IMG/VR virus record: IMGVR_UViG_3300015360_000026
From: an uncultured virus (IMG/VR IMGVR_UViG_3300015360_000026)
Lineage: Duplodnaviria > Heunggongvirae > Uroviricota > Caudoviricetes
DNA length: 64,000 bases
Reading direction: 5' to 3' (one strand)
A program made the position numbers and the translations under genes. This document shows positions 49,054-57,992 of the stretch, one piece after another. Every line of letters starts with the position of its first letter. The stretch's first letter is position 1. Under the pieces are notes generated by a model. The model ran no database searches and was not told the DNA's origin. It was given only the letters and a program-made list of their open reading frames with translations.

Positions 49054-49335
49054 TCATTCTCCTGGCTTCGGCCCCGCAATCAGTCGGGCACCGGGCGGTG
49101 GTTTGGGAAGTTCCAACCGGTCGCAGACGACCGTCTCGCCGATGCCGAGGTTCCTCAGCATGCGGTTGAAGTCGTCCTGGCCGACGATGGAGATGGCCTG
49201 GCTCCGGCCACCTCCGTACTCCGCAGCGACGCCGATCGGGGTGCCGGTGTCCTGGCGGATCAGGATCTGATTGACCTGCAAGACCAGTGGCCTGCTGTTG
49301 CCGATCCCGTCCTTGAGAATCAACTCTACGATCAC
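49054..49335 (-). CDS. Small hypothetical protein
   Basis: 93 aa globular ORF filling the operon gap. Confidence 0.6.
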   Translation of the reverse strand: MIVELILKDGIGNSRPLVLQVNQILIRQDTGTPIGVAAEYGGGRSQAISIVGQDDFNRMLRNLGIGETVVCDRLELPKPPPGARLIAGPKPGE

Positions 49336-49346
49336 GGGTCACCCCA

Positions 49347-50099
49347 CTACGCCGCCGGACGCCGACGAAGGCTGGCGATCATGGCGGCTTTGTTCATGGT
49401 CTCTTCCAGGCCCTTGTGGGAGTACGCCACGCCCGCGTCGGCAGCCGCCTTGCCGCCGCCTCCGGGTGGTGCACCGCCCATGTCGGGCTGCCCGCCCATC
49501 GGGGGCATGCCGCCGGGGGCACCCATGGCCGAGTCCTGCTGCCCGCCGGACTGCTGCTTCGCGGCCATCTGGGTCAGATCGGTCGGCGTGGCGATCATCT
49601 CGCTGGCCGGGATCTTGACACCGAGGGCGTCCGCAATGCGGGCGATCATCTTCGACATCTGCATGATGGCGACGTTGACGTCGATCTTGGGCTTGATCTG
49701 CCCGGCCATGTTCGAGCCAGACTGAGCCGACCCGCCCTGGACGGCCTGGAGGATCTGGTCCATCTTGGCCGTCATCGCCGGGTCGCCGCCACCCCCGCCG
49801 CCCGGAGGCGGCATCGGAGGCATGCCCATCATGGACGGGTCCATCGGAGGAGCACCGCCGCCGGACGGGTCACCGCCGGGAGGCGGGCCACCCATCATAG
49901 ACGGGTCCATCGGAGGGGCACCGCCGCCCATGGACGGATCGCCGCCAGGAGGAGGGGCACCACCGCCGCCGGTCATGGAGGGGTCACCACCGGGCACGAA
50001 CGCGAGTTTGGTGAAGTTCGCCGACATCTTGCGGCGGGCTTCCTTCACCAACTCGGGGTTACACAGGTGGTCGCCGTAAGGCGTCATCAATTGGCTCAT
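49347..50099 (-). CDS. Gly/Pro/Met-rich low-complexity protein
   Basis: GGGAPPMDPSMMG repeats. Confidence 0.65.
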   Translation of the reverse strand: MSQLMTPYGDHLCNPELVKEARRKMSANFTKLAFVPGGDPSMTGGGGAPPPGGDPSMGGGAPPMDPSMMGGPPPGGDPSGGGAPPMDPSMMGMPPMPPPGGGGGGDPAMTAKMDQILQAVQGGSAQSGSNMAGQIKPKIDVNVAIMQMSKMIARIADALGVKIPASEMIATPTDLTQMAAKQQSGGQQDSAMGAPGGMPPMGGQPDMGGAPPGGGGKAAADAGVAYSHKGLEETMNKAAMIASLRRRPAA

Positions 50100-50169
50100 G
50101 GAAATCCCTTTCCCGCAGAGGATACCGTATCGAGTTCAAGTTTACTGCAACGCCACGCCACAGAGAAGA

Positions 50170-51918
50170 CTACTCCATGATGTGCACGGGAGTGTCCTCG
50201 GTGATCTCGCCCTGGTGGAGGGCCGCGAGGGCGTCCTGCTTGTTCCGGAAGACGCGGGGCCGACCCTTCTCCTTCTTGGCCGTGCTGGCGTGGTGCAAAC
50301 CGCCCAGGTACTCCTGGCCGGGCACGTGCACGGGGCTCTTGAAGTCGGCCGGGGATAGAAGGTTTTTCGACGGCAGCATCCGCTCCAGGGCCTCCTTCTT
50401 GGCCTCCTCGGAGGTCGGCACGTGGAACTGCATGGCGTCACCGTCGAAGTCAGCGTTGAACCCCTTGACGATCAGCGGGGACACCTGCATCGTGTCGCCC
50501 TTCACCAGCTTGGGGCGAAACGCCATGATACCGAATCGGTGGAGAACGGGTGCCCGATTGATGAACACCGGACGGTCTTCCATCTCCTCCTGGAGGATCG
50601 ACCGGGCCTTGTCGGTCTTATCCTTGACGTGCTGGAGGGCCTGGCTGATCGGCATCCCCTGGCGGTGCATCCGCCGGACGAGGAACTTGGAGTACACCTC
50701 GAACGCCTTCGACTCGGGGATGCCTACCGTGTCCATGTCGTAGTCCGGGTTCGGGCTGATCACCGCCCGGCCGACGTTGTCGACAGTCGAGGACAGGAGC
50801 TTCCTTTGCACCGTGCCGAACTTGGGGGACGTGCCGAAGATGCTCTTCAAGATGCCCTTGACGTTCTTGTCCTGGCTCTTCTGGGTGATCGGATCGCCCA
50901 GGCCGGTGACCGCCTTGAAGGCGTGGTACACGGCCAACCGTTCGGCCCCCGCGTTGTCGTGGCCGACCATGCCCTTCATCTCGCCGAGGTTCTTGTTGGC
51001 CTCGATCAGCTCCTTGTAGAGGTAGTTCGGGTCCGATACCAGCGGGATGCCCGACTGCCCCATCATCGACACCGGGCGGAACGCAGGAGGCAGGACGGGG
51101 GCGTGATCGAGCATCCAGTCCTTGGGGTGCAGGCCGAGGCTCTGGGCACTCTTCAGGTAGCCGAGCTTGCGAACCGCCTCGTCCCGCTTACTACGACTCG
51201 ACGACTGAACCTGGGTCCTAGCGGTCGCCAGCTCCTTGGTCAGGTTGATGTCCTCCAACGCGGCCTTGAGGGCCTTCGGGCCGGTGCCGTGCCCGCCAAT
51301 CGTCTCAGTGCCCGCCAACACGCCCTCGAACTGCTTGGCCGTCAACCCGAGGATTCGCCGCATCGGCTCCTCCATGACAGGGTTGGGCATGGGCTCGTCG
51401 AACTTAATCTTCGACCACTGCTTGCCGCCGTGCCCGCCGGTCATCGCCGGGTCGAACAGACCCCCGGCCACTGGCTTCAAGTCCCGGTCGAAGTTGACCG
51501 TCTCGCCGTGCGTAAGGACGCGGTTGCCGCCCAAGGCGTCCACGTCCTTGTTGGTCATGGCCATGATGTGAGTGCGAGGGCCATCCCGGACGACATTGAT
51601 CCCGGACGCCTTGAGCTGGTGGTGGAACTTGTCGTACACCATCGGGGTCTTCACAGCACTGGGCATATGTCCCTGCATGAACTGCAACCAGTATTGCTCG
51701 TTCCGCTGACCCCGGATACTGCCCACGTCCCGGAGATTCTCGACGGCCCCGTGGGACAGGAGGGCATTCACGTCGAGCATCGAGATCCGCTTGGAGTTCG
51801 ACACCAGGACGTTGTTGGCGAAGTACAGGTGGATGCCGTCGACAGTGACGTCGTACACGTCGACCAGCCCGTTCGCCTTCGTGACGCCCCGGTAAGGGCC
51901 GATGTACGCCACCTTCAT
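50170..51918 (-). CDS. rpoC: C-intein + RNAP beta C-terminus + beta' catalytic N-terminal half
   Basis: NADFDGD catalytic motif, NRAPVLHRFGIMAF, GRAVISP, PVLPPAFRP, GLFDP; N-terminal 41 aa intein C fragment. Confidence 0.9.
   Translation of the reverse strand: MKVAYIGPYRGVTKANGLVDVYDVTVDGIHLYFANNVLVSNSKRISMLDVNALLSHGAVENLRDVGSIRGQRNEQYWLQFMQGHMPSAVKTPMVYDKFHHQLKASGINVVRDGPRTHIMAMTNKDVDALGGNRVLTHGETVNFDRDLKPVAGGLFDPAMTGGHGGKQWSKIKFDEPMPNPVMEEPMRRILGLTAKQFEGVLAGTETIGGHGTGPKALKAALEDINLTKELATARTQVQSSSRSKRDEAVRKLGYLKSAQSLGLHPKDWMLDHAPVLPPAFRPVSMMGQSGIPLVSDPNYLYKELIEANKNLGEMKGMVGHDNAGAERLAVYHAFKAVTGLGDPITQKSQDKNVKGILKSIFGTSPKFGTVQRKLLSSTVDNVGRAVISPNPDYDMDTVGIPESKAFEVYSKFLVRRMHRQGMPISQALQHVKDKTDKARSILQEEMEDRPVFINRAPVLHRFGIMAFRPKLVKGDTMQVSPLIVKGFNADFDGDAMQFHVPTSEEAKKEALERMLPSKNLLSPADFKSPVHVPGQEYLGGLHHASTAKKEKGRPRVFRNKQDALAALHQGEITEDTPVHIME
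51796..51918 (-). other. Split intein C-terminal fragment (IntC, 41 aa)
   Basis: Block F VYDVTVDGIHLYFAN, block G VLVSN followed by Ser+1. Confidence 0.85.
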
Positions 51919-52319
51919 CGCTGCTTCCTCGTCCAGAAGTCGTGTAGGCCGGACAGGGCTTGGCCGGTCATGCCACGCAGCTTCATCATCAGACTCCGCT
52001 GCATGGCCCGACGGGGGTCGATGCTCTGGGGCGTGGCGGCTTCGACCGGGGCCGGCTTGGCTGCCGGCTTGGCCATCGGCTTACCCGGCCTCGCCCGCCG
52101 CCGGGGCGTGGGCTTCTCGGAAACCTCGCCGAACCTTTGGAACTTGACCGGGGCGAACGGTAAGTCGACCGGCGGACGGTTGCCCGCCGTCATGAGCGTC
52201 TGCTGGCCTGCCCCGAGGGGTGAGCCCGACTGCCCCTCGCCGGGGTCGGCCGGGTCGACGGCAGCCGTCTTCATGCGGAGAGCTGCCGCCTTGGCCGCGA
52301 GAATGTTGAGCCCGTCCAT
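51915..52319 (-). CDS. Hypothetical protein between the split-intein halves
   Basis: 134 aa; TGATG overlap with the beta gene and ATGA overlap with the IntC gene; basic, Pro/Ala-rich. Confidence 0.65.
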   Translation of the reverse strand: MDGLNILAAKAAALRMKTAAVDPADPGEGQSGSPLGAGQQTLMTAGNRPPVDLPFAPVKFQRFGEVSEKPTPRRRARPGKPMAKPAAKPAPVEAATPQSIDPRRAMQRSLMMKLRGMTGQALSGLHDFWTRKQR

Positions 52320-52618
52320 CACGCCCCCTGTAGTTCGTCGCCGACGACCAGGTCGCCGGCCAGTTTCCTCGATCCGTCCGCCAGGATGATCTCGTGGTTC
52401 CTGGTGACCTCCAAAACACGGCCAGTGTCGGTCACGACCTCCATGATGTCGATCGGCTTGACGGCGAACGTGAACCAGTCGACGACCGGCATCCACATGA
52501 GCTTGCCGCCCGTGGCTTTCTTGGTCAGGACGTTGATGGCCAGTTTCTTCTGCACGACCTCGGCGATCGACACCAGGCCGCTCGACTCGGTATGGAGGAA
52601 AACCCGCTCGGTGAAGCA
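52319..52618 (-). other. Split intein N-terminal fragment (IntN, 99 aa)
   Basis: Block A CFTERVFL (Cys1 codon at 52616-52618), block B LEVTRNHEI (TxxH), tail AGDLVVGDEL. Confidence 0.85.
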
Positions 52619-55435
52619 GCCGCTCTCGCCGCCCTTGCTGGGCGTCTCGTCCATGCCGTACCCGCCGCCGCCACGACCCTGGCCCTTGCTTTCGGCCGTG
52701 TGGTGCAACTTCATAAAGAACCGGTTGCCCGTGTGGACGCCGGGGATCTTGGACCCCGTGGCCGGATCGACGATGTCCTCGGTCGAAGTCAGGCCGTGCT
52801 TCCGCAGCTCGTCAATCGTGAACTGGTTTAAGTCCTTGATGCTACCGAAGTCTTCCAGCTTGTACCTCTTGCCTGTCAACGCGGCAATCTTGCCTAGCTG
52901 GGCCTCGACCATCTGGGCTGGATTGGTACGACTGATCACACCGAGGGGGTTGAGCAGGATCTCGTAGGGCTTACCGTTGCGGTCGTGCGGCATCTGGTGG
53001 TCGGGGACGACGGCACTGATGACGCCCTTGTCGCCGTACCGGCCGGAGAGTTTGTCACCCACCTGCATCTGTGAAGAAGACTTAACGAGGACGACAGGCC
53101 CGTCCTTGCCCCGTACGACGTCGGTAACGACCCCAGAATCATGATGCTGCCACACAACGGATTGGTCATTGTGTCCCGCCTGCTTCTTCTTGTGGACCTT
53201 GTTGTCTGCCCGGTCGTTCTCGCGTGCGGCCAAAATGAGAGGTTGGCCGTGCTCGATTTTGGTGCCAGGTTTGATGATGCCGTCGTCGTCGAGGGACGCC
53301 AGCGTCTCCCGGTCAAACTTGCCGGGGAACAAACTGATGAAGTTCTTCTTCCCCATCTTGTGCTTGTCGTCAACCATCACCTCGTGGTGGTACATGTGGT
53401 CGCTCGACAGCCGCTTCGCCGCCGTCTCCGAGATGACCTGAGCGTCCTCGAAGTTGTACCCCTTCCACGGCGTGTACGCCACGCGGAAGTTCGCACCGAG
53501 GGCCGCAGCCCCGGTGTGGTCGGTGTAGTTGCTCTTGGCCAAGAGCTGGCCCGCTTTGAATGTGTCCCCTGGCTTCAGTGCAGGAGTATTGTGGATGTAC
53601 GTCTTCCGGTTGAAGGGAAAGTTGTGATAGAGATCGACACGATCTTTGCGTCCGTCTGCGTATTGGACGTCCATCCCTCCGTCACTGATCCCAAGGACCC
53701 GACCCCCGTGTTCACCAGCATGCACGGCCCCGAGATGACGTCCGTATTCTTCTTCAAAAGATCTCGCTCCACCCGATCCTGGAAGGCCCGATTGAACCAG
53801 GGGTGCTTCTGCGTTCGTAAGTGGTAGTGCTTGAGTGAGCATCCGAGACGCCATAGCGACCCGTTGCCCTTTGACCATGCTCTTGAGCGGGACCATGTTG
53901 CCCAGGGGCGAGAAGGCATTCTCAAAGTGGGGCAACTCGAATTGGACTTCGTTGCGTGGGACATATGCGATCTTGCCTCCCTTCATGACCGGGATACGTT
54001 TCGCGGTCGACGCCAGTCCGCCGGGGAACGCGATCGCCGCCTCGGCCAGGTCCTGGGGGCTCTTCCAACCAAGCCTACCCGTCCTAACGTCCCGGAACTC
54101 GGAGTACATGCGACCGTCGCCGCCTTTTCGTGCCCCCCGAGCCATGTTCAGGTCGATGCCAACGCGGAAACTCTCGGGCGTCCGCAAGGGGTCCATGAAC
54201 CCCATATGACCGGGCTGCACGCTCCGGGCGTCGTCGGGAACCGACTCCATCGACGGGATGCCGCCTTCACCCAGGCGGGTGATCCGGCTCTGCTTGTCGA
54301 ACACCTCGGCAGGGTTGATCTCTTCGATCGCCTGGCCCAGGCCAGAGCCCAGGAGCGTCTGCTCGATTTGCCGGGTCAGTGCCCCTGACGGCATGTCTTT
54401 CAGGTGTCCCTTCATGCTCATCTTGTGAAACAGCATCTTCTGGACGCGACCGTGGTCGCGGGCCACCCGCTCGGAGATCAGGTCCTCGGGACCCAGCACG
54501 GTCTGGAAGTGCGGGGCGTCCCGGTCGTCGACTTCGTCCTCGCCCCGACTGACGGCCAAGAGCTTCTTGGTTGCCGCCAGGATGGTGTCCTTATTCATCC
54601 GGGTGTGGGGGTGTTTGAGCGTGTACTTGGTGACCTCGGGGTCGACCTCCATGTCCTCGAACTTCTTGACCAGGGCCAGGCGACGGTGCTGCTCGTCTGG
54701 GTTGTCCCGGTCGACCTTACTCAGAATCTTGTTCTGGAGCTTGGTCAGTACCCCGCCCTCAGACTTGAGCATATTGCTCTGGTACAGCTCGGACCCCCAG
54801 TGCTCATACAGCTCTCGGTCGGTCGTACCCATCGCCTTCAGGAGCGGCAGCAACGGCATCTCAGCTTGGCCGATCTTGATCTTGAACACGCCCTTGGCCG
54901 GATCGAGCAGGTAACGGTGGGAGACGCCCTTGCCGGGCAGGATGTTGGCGTGGGACTCCAGCTCACCGTTGTCCTTGCGACGGGTGAAGACACCGGGCAT
55001 GAGCCGCTGCTGGTGGTTCAAAGTGTAATCGTTACCGCCGTGGACAAACGTGCCCATGTTCGTCAAGTGAGGGACGCGGGCGATAACCTGCTCACGGCGA
55101 TCGACGAGAGCACCCGTGGCGTTGTCGGTCAACTCCCACGTGCCCTTCATGCGGCGGGCCAGGGTGCCGCCAGTCAGGAGGGCTTGCTTCCGTTGGTCGA
55201 TACTGAAGTGGTCAGGGTCGATGTACTCCGGACTGTGGAGCCGGAGAGTGTGCCGGACGTTGGAAACCGGCTGAATGCCCTGAGCCGCCTTCAGGACGTT
55301 GCCGTAGATGTTCTGCCGCGTCTTGACGTGGTCGCCAAAGTCGCGGATGTGGGACTCCGGAAGCACGGGCGGCGGTGGCGGCGTGCTGCCGGGCAGGAGG
55401 GACGGACCCTTATCGGGGATGAGACTGTCAGGCAT
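52319..55435 (-). CDS. rpoB: RNA polymerase beta subunit (N-extein) + N-intein
   Basis: HMGFMDPLRTPES, MASRMLTQALPL, GYNFEDA, GDKLSGRYGDKGVIS, LNPLGVISRTN, FMKLHH. Confidence 0.92.
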   Translation of the reverse strand: MPDSLIPDKGPSLLPGSTPPPPPVLPESHIRDFGDHVKTRQNIYGNVLKAAQGIQPVSNVRHTLRLHSPEYIDPDHFSIDQRKQALLTGGTLARRMKGTWELTDNATGALVDRREQVIARVPHLTNMGTFVHGGNDYTLNHQQRLMPGVFTRRKDNGELESHANILPGKGVSHRYLLDPAKGVFKIKIGQAEMPLLPLLKAMGTTDRELYEHWGSELYQSNMLKSEGGVLTKLQNKILSKVDRDNPDEQHRRLALVKKFEDMEVDPEVTKYTLKHPHTRMNKDTILAATKKLLAVSRGEDEVDDRDAPHFQTVLGPEDLISERVARDHGRVQKMLFHKMSMKGHLKDMPSGALTRQIEQTLLGSGLGQAIEEINPAEVFDKQSRITRLGEGGIPSMESVPDDARSVQPGHMGFMDPLRTPESFRVGIDLNMARGARKGGDGRMYSEFRDVRTGRLGWKSPQDLAEAAIAFPGGLASTAKRIPVMKGGKIAYVPRNEVQFELPHFENAFSPLGNMVPLKSMVKGQRVAMASRMLTQALPLTNAEAPLVQSGLPGSGGARSFEEEYGRHLGAVHAGEHGGRVLGISDGGMDVQYADGRKDRVDLYHNFPFNRKTYIHNTPALKPGDTFKAGQLLAKSNYTDHTGAAALGANFRVAYTPWKGYNFEDAQVISETAAKRLSSDHMYHHEVMVDDKHKMGKKNFISLFPGKFDRETLASLDDDGIIKPGTKIEHGQPLILAARENDRADNKVHKKKQAGHNDQSVVWQHHDSGVVTDVVRGKDGPVVLVKSSSQMQVGDKLSGRYGDKGVISAVVPDHQMPHDRNGKPYEILLNPLGVISRTNPAQMVEAQLGKIAALTGKRYKLEDFGSIKDLNQFTIDELRKHGLTSTEDIVDPATGSKIPGVHTGNRFFMKLHHTAESKGQGRGGGGYGMDETPSKGGESGCFTERVFLHTESSGLVSIAEVVQKKLAINVLTKKATGGKLMWMPVVDWFTFAVKPIDIMEVVTDTGRVLEVTRNHEIILADGSRKLAGDLVVGDELQGA

Positions 55436-55453
55436 TCCGTTGCCCCTAACGAG

Positions 55454-56551
55454 TTACGCGACCGGCTGTTGGTCCGCCGACGAGTGGGCGATCGGCTCCG
55501 GTGTGGCGAAGATCTCGGTCGGGGATTGGTTGAACTTGCGACGGTCGCGACGCTGGAGGGCCTTCTGCAAGACAGCCGAACGGCTTCGCTTCCGCATCTT
55601 GTCGTACACGACGGCCCCAGTCAGCAGGCTCGACAGACCGGCGTACATGCCGTACCCGCCCATGGCCTGGCCGAGGACGTTAGAACTTCCCTGGCCGAGA
55701 TAGTCGGATAGAGCAGCCTGTTTCTCGACGAAAGCGTCATACAGCCGATCAAGGGCCTCGTCGAGGGCCTTCTTCTCGCCCCACTTGTGACCGCAAGAGT
55801 TGCACGCCCCGCTGTACGGGTCACCCTCCATGCTCGCACCGCATTTCGGGCAGTCCTCGCCCTTGAACGTGTGGTCGCCGGCAGACTTGGCCACGGCCTT
55901 GGGCTTGTCGTACTGCGATAGCAGAGCGTCGTGGAACTCCTGGCGGGCCGAATCGAGGGCCTGCTCGCGTTCCGTCTTGCGACGACTTTCCATCACCGCG
56001 TCGACGCCCTTCCAGCCGAGGCCCAGACCGCCAAGACCGCCGGCCAGCATCGACAGACCGTACCACGGGATGCCGCCCTTGGTCGTCGCGTCACCGCCGA
56101 GTAACCACGGGACCGGGGTGGCCTCCTTGTCCATGGCTGCCTTCCTCTTCGGCACGTCCTCGTCTTCTTCCTCGGCCGGGATCGGCAGGGGCAGCATCGC
56201 CGACCCCGCCGTACTCCGTGCCCCGGCCATGTTCTGGCGAAGCATGTGGTGCAAGCCGACCGCCCCTCGGGCACCGGCCCCGACGCCGAGGCCGATCCCG
56301 AGGATCTTGCCGACGTCGCCCATCGCGGACTCCCGCAACGCCGTGTTCTTGGCCTCGCTTATGGCCTGGCTGATCACGAGCTGCTGGGGGGTCGGGGCCG
56401 AGCCAGTGAGCGAGTCCAAGGCCCCACGGCCCAGGTCGACGACGGGCTTGGCGGCGGCTCCGATGGCGTCGCCCACGGCCCCGAGGAAGCCCTCTTTTTG
56501 CATCTCCTCGCGGACCTTACTGAGCACCGACTGGCAGGTTAGGCTGTCCAT
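55454..56551 (-). CDS. Putative internal virion membrane-interacting protein with Zn-ribbon insert
   Basis: Three Gly-rich hydrophobic helices; CPKC...CNSC; K-x-A motifs. Confidence 0.6.
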   Translation of the reverse strand: MDSLTCQSVLSKVREEMQKEGFLGAVGDAIGAAAKPVVDLGRGALDSLTGSAPTPQQLVISQAISEAKNTALRESAMGDVGKILGIGLGVGAGARGAVGLHHMLRQNMAGARSTAGSAMLPLPIPAEEEDEDVPKRKAAMDKEATPVPWLLGGDATTKGGIPWYGLSMLAGGLGGLGLGWKGVDAVMESRRKTEREQALDSARQEFHDALLSQYDKPKAVAKSAGDHTFKGEDCPKCGASMEGDPYSGACNSCGHKWGEKKALDEALDRLYDAFVEKQAALSDYLGQGSSNVLGQAMGGYGMYAGLSSLLTGAVVYDKMRKRSRSAVLQKALQRRDRRKFNQSPTEIFATPEPIAHSSADQQPVA

Positions 56552-56918
56552 TGACCAACTCCATTTGTCCGGCCGTCATGAACGGTGCCCGGTTACCGTC
56601 TTCCATGAAGTATTCGACCCACTCGACGTAGACCATTATCTGGGCGGCGTCGTACTGCCGCTTAATGTGGATGCACTGGAACCACCCGTTGGCGATCCCG
56701 TCGAGTACCTCCAAATACTTCTTATTCTGGTCCGGGTCGGTCGTGTCGAAGTGACCGTTGTGAGGGTCGGCCACCTTGACGGTCTTGTCTTCCCACTCGT
56801 CTGAAGTATACATCGGGGACGATTGGCCGCGAAACGGCATGCCGTCCTCGGTCGCCCGCCCCCAGTGCACCTTCTGGCCGTTGTGCTCCGTTCGGTTGCT
56901 GAACTTGATCAGGCTCAT
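56517..56918 (-). CDS. Hypothetical protein
   Basis: 133 aa, RBS AAGGA. Confidence 0.6.
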   Translation of the reverse strand: MSLIKFSNRTEHNGQKVHWGRATEDGMPFRGQSSPMYTSDEWEDKTVKVADPHNGHFDTTDPDQNKKYLEVLDGIANGWFQCIHIKRQYDAAQIMVYVEWVEYFMEDGNRAPFMTAGQMELVNGQPNLPVGAQ

Positions 56919-56927
56919 CTGACGTCC

Positions 56928-57320
56928 TTACAGGAACATCCGCCCGCCACGACTCTGCTTAGCCTGCTGCAACCGCCGAATCGCCTGCTGCCGGCGGACC
57001 TTGGCAGCTTCGGTACGGTAGGTGTCGATGACCTCGCGGTCCTTGATGTCGGCGACGTCCTTGTCGGTCACGTCCGTGGCCTTGGCCAAACCGGCCCCGG
57101 CGATGCCGCCCAGGATCGGCGGGGCGGCAAGGGCCAGAGGCACCCCGACGCTGCCGACGAGCTGCGTCAACGCCGTGGCGGCGTCACCGACGGCCCCGAA
57201 CAACGCGAGCTTGTCCATCGCGGCCTTGACCGCCCCCGCCATTTGTTGGGCGGTCATCCCGTGCTCGACGCACCGGGCCACGAACCCGACCTTGAATGCT
57301 TCCCGTGCAGTCAGTGGCAT
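56928..57320 (-). CDS. Hypothetical virion protein with hydrophobic helix
   Basis: 130 aa, RBS AAGGAGG; MDKLA motif, PPILGGIAGAGLA. Confidence 0.65.
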   Translation of the reverse strand: MPLTAREAFKVGFVARCVEHGMTAQQMAGAVKAAMDKLALFGAVGDAATALTQLVGSVGVPLALAAPPILGGIAGAGLAKATDVTDKDVADIKDREVIDTYRTEAAKVRRQQAIRRLQQAKQSRGGRMFL

Positions 57321-57368
57321 TTGGCCGTCCTCCTTGACAGCTAAGAAAAGGATCTCACCCCTGAATAG

Positions 57369-57566
57369 CTACCGGACCATCACGGGGCCGGCAGACACCG
57401 CACCGAACAACACCAATCCCAGGATTAGCACGCAGAACCACGGGATCAGACAATAGACGCCAAAGTTCAGTCCGTTGAATGCGGCCCCTCGTGGTTCACG
57501 AAGCCTGCACCCAGCAGGCAGCCAGAACATCATCAGTACGACCCAAATGATGACCCAAATCGTCAT
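57369..57566 (-). CDS. Small two-TM membrane protein
   Basis: Start at ATG 57566 (RBS AAGGA); very hydrophobic. Confidence 0.55.
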   Translation of the reverse strand: MTIWVIIWVVLMMFWLPAGCRLREPRGAAFNGLNFGVYCLIPWFCVLILGLVLFGAVSAGPVMVR

Positions 57567-57589
57567 AGCGTTCCTTCGGAGCGGTAAGG

Positions 57590-57982
57590 TCACATGATCC
57601 CGTTTCCGCCGGAAACGCAGACCGTCGTCGGCTGCCGGCGACGGAGGTCGCGGCAGGCCGAAGCGTCGTCCGGCATGCCCTGCTCCTGGGCCTTCCGAGC
57701 GATGTACGCCGCTTTGTCGGTAATGTTCTGCATGTAGCTCTTGAGATCGGCGTCGGCACCACGACCGGGCGTGTCCGCCGAGTTACCAAGCATCTGGCTC
57801 AAGGCCAGCGTGTGCCGCAAGAACTCGCGAACGGACAGCGTCTCGTACGAGTTGTCGAGGGAGTCTTCGCAATGGATCAAGCCCCGGTCCGCCCAGAAGC
57901 GAACCGAGCGGTTGATGCCTTCCTTGGTCTTGCCCTGAATGATCAAGACGTCGTGACCGAAGGTGCCAATCTCGATGGTCAT
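57590..57982 (-). CDS. Hypothetical protein
   Basis: 130 aa, RBS AGGAG. Confidence 0.6.
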   Translation of the reverse strand: MTIEIGTFGHDVLIIQGKTKEGINRSVRFWADRGLIHCEDSLDNSYETLSVREFLRHTLALSQMLGNSADTPGRGADADLKSYMQNITDKAAYIARKAQEQGMPDDASACRDLRRRQPTTVCVSGGNGIM

Positions 57983-57992
57983 CCCTGACTCC

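Noticed and set aside
44228..55435. Bacterial chromosomal rpoBC operon or pseudogenised rpoB
   Set aside because: No ribosomal protein neighbours, shortened and rearranged subunits, virion gene context; the break in beta is explained by intact intein halves.
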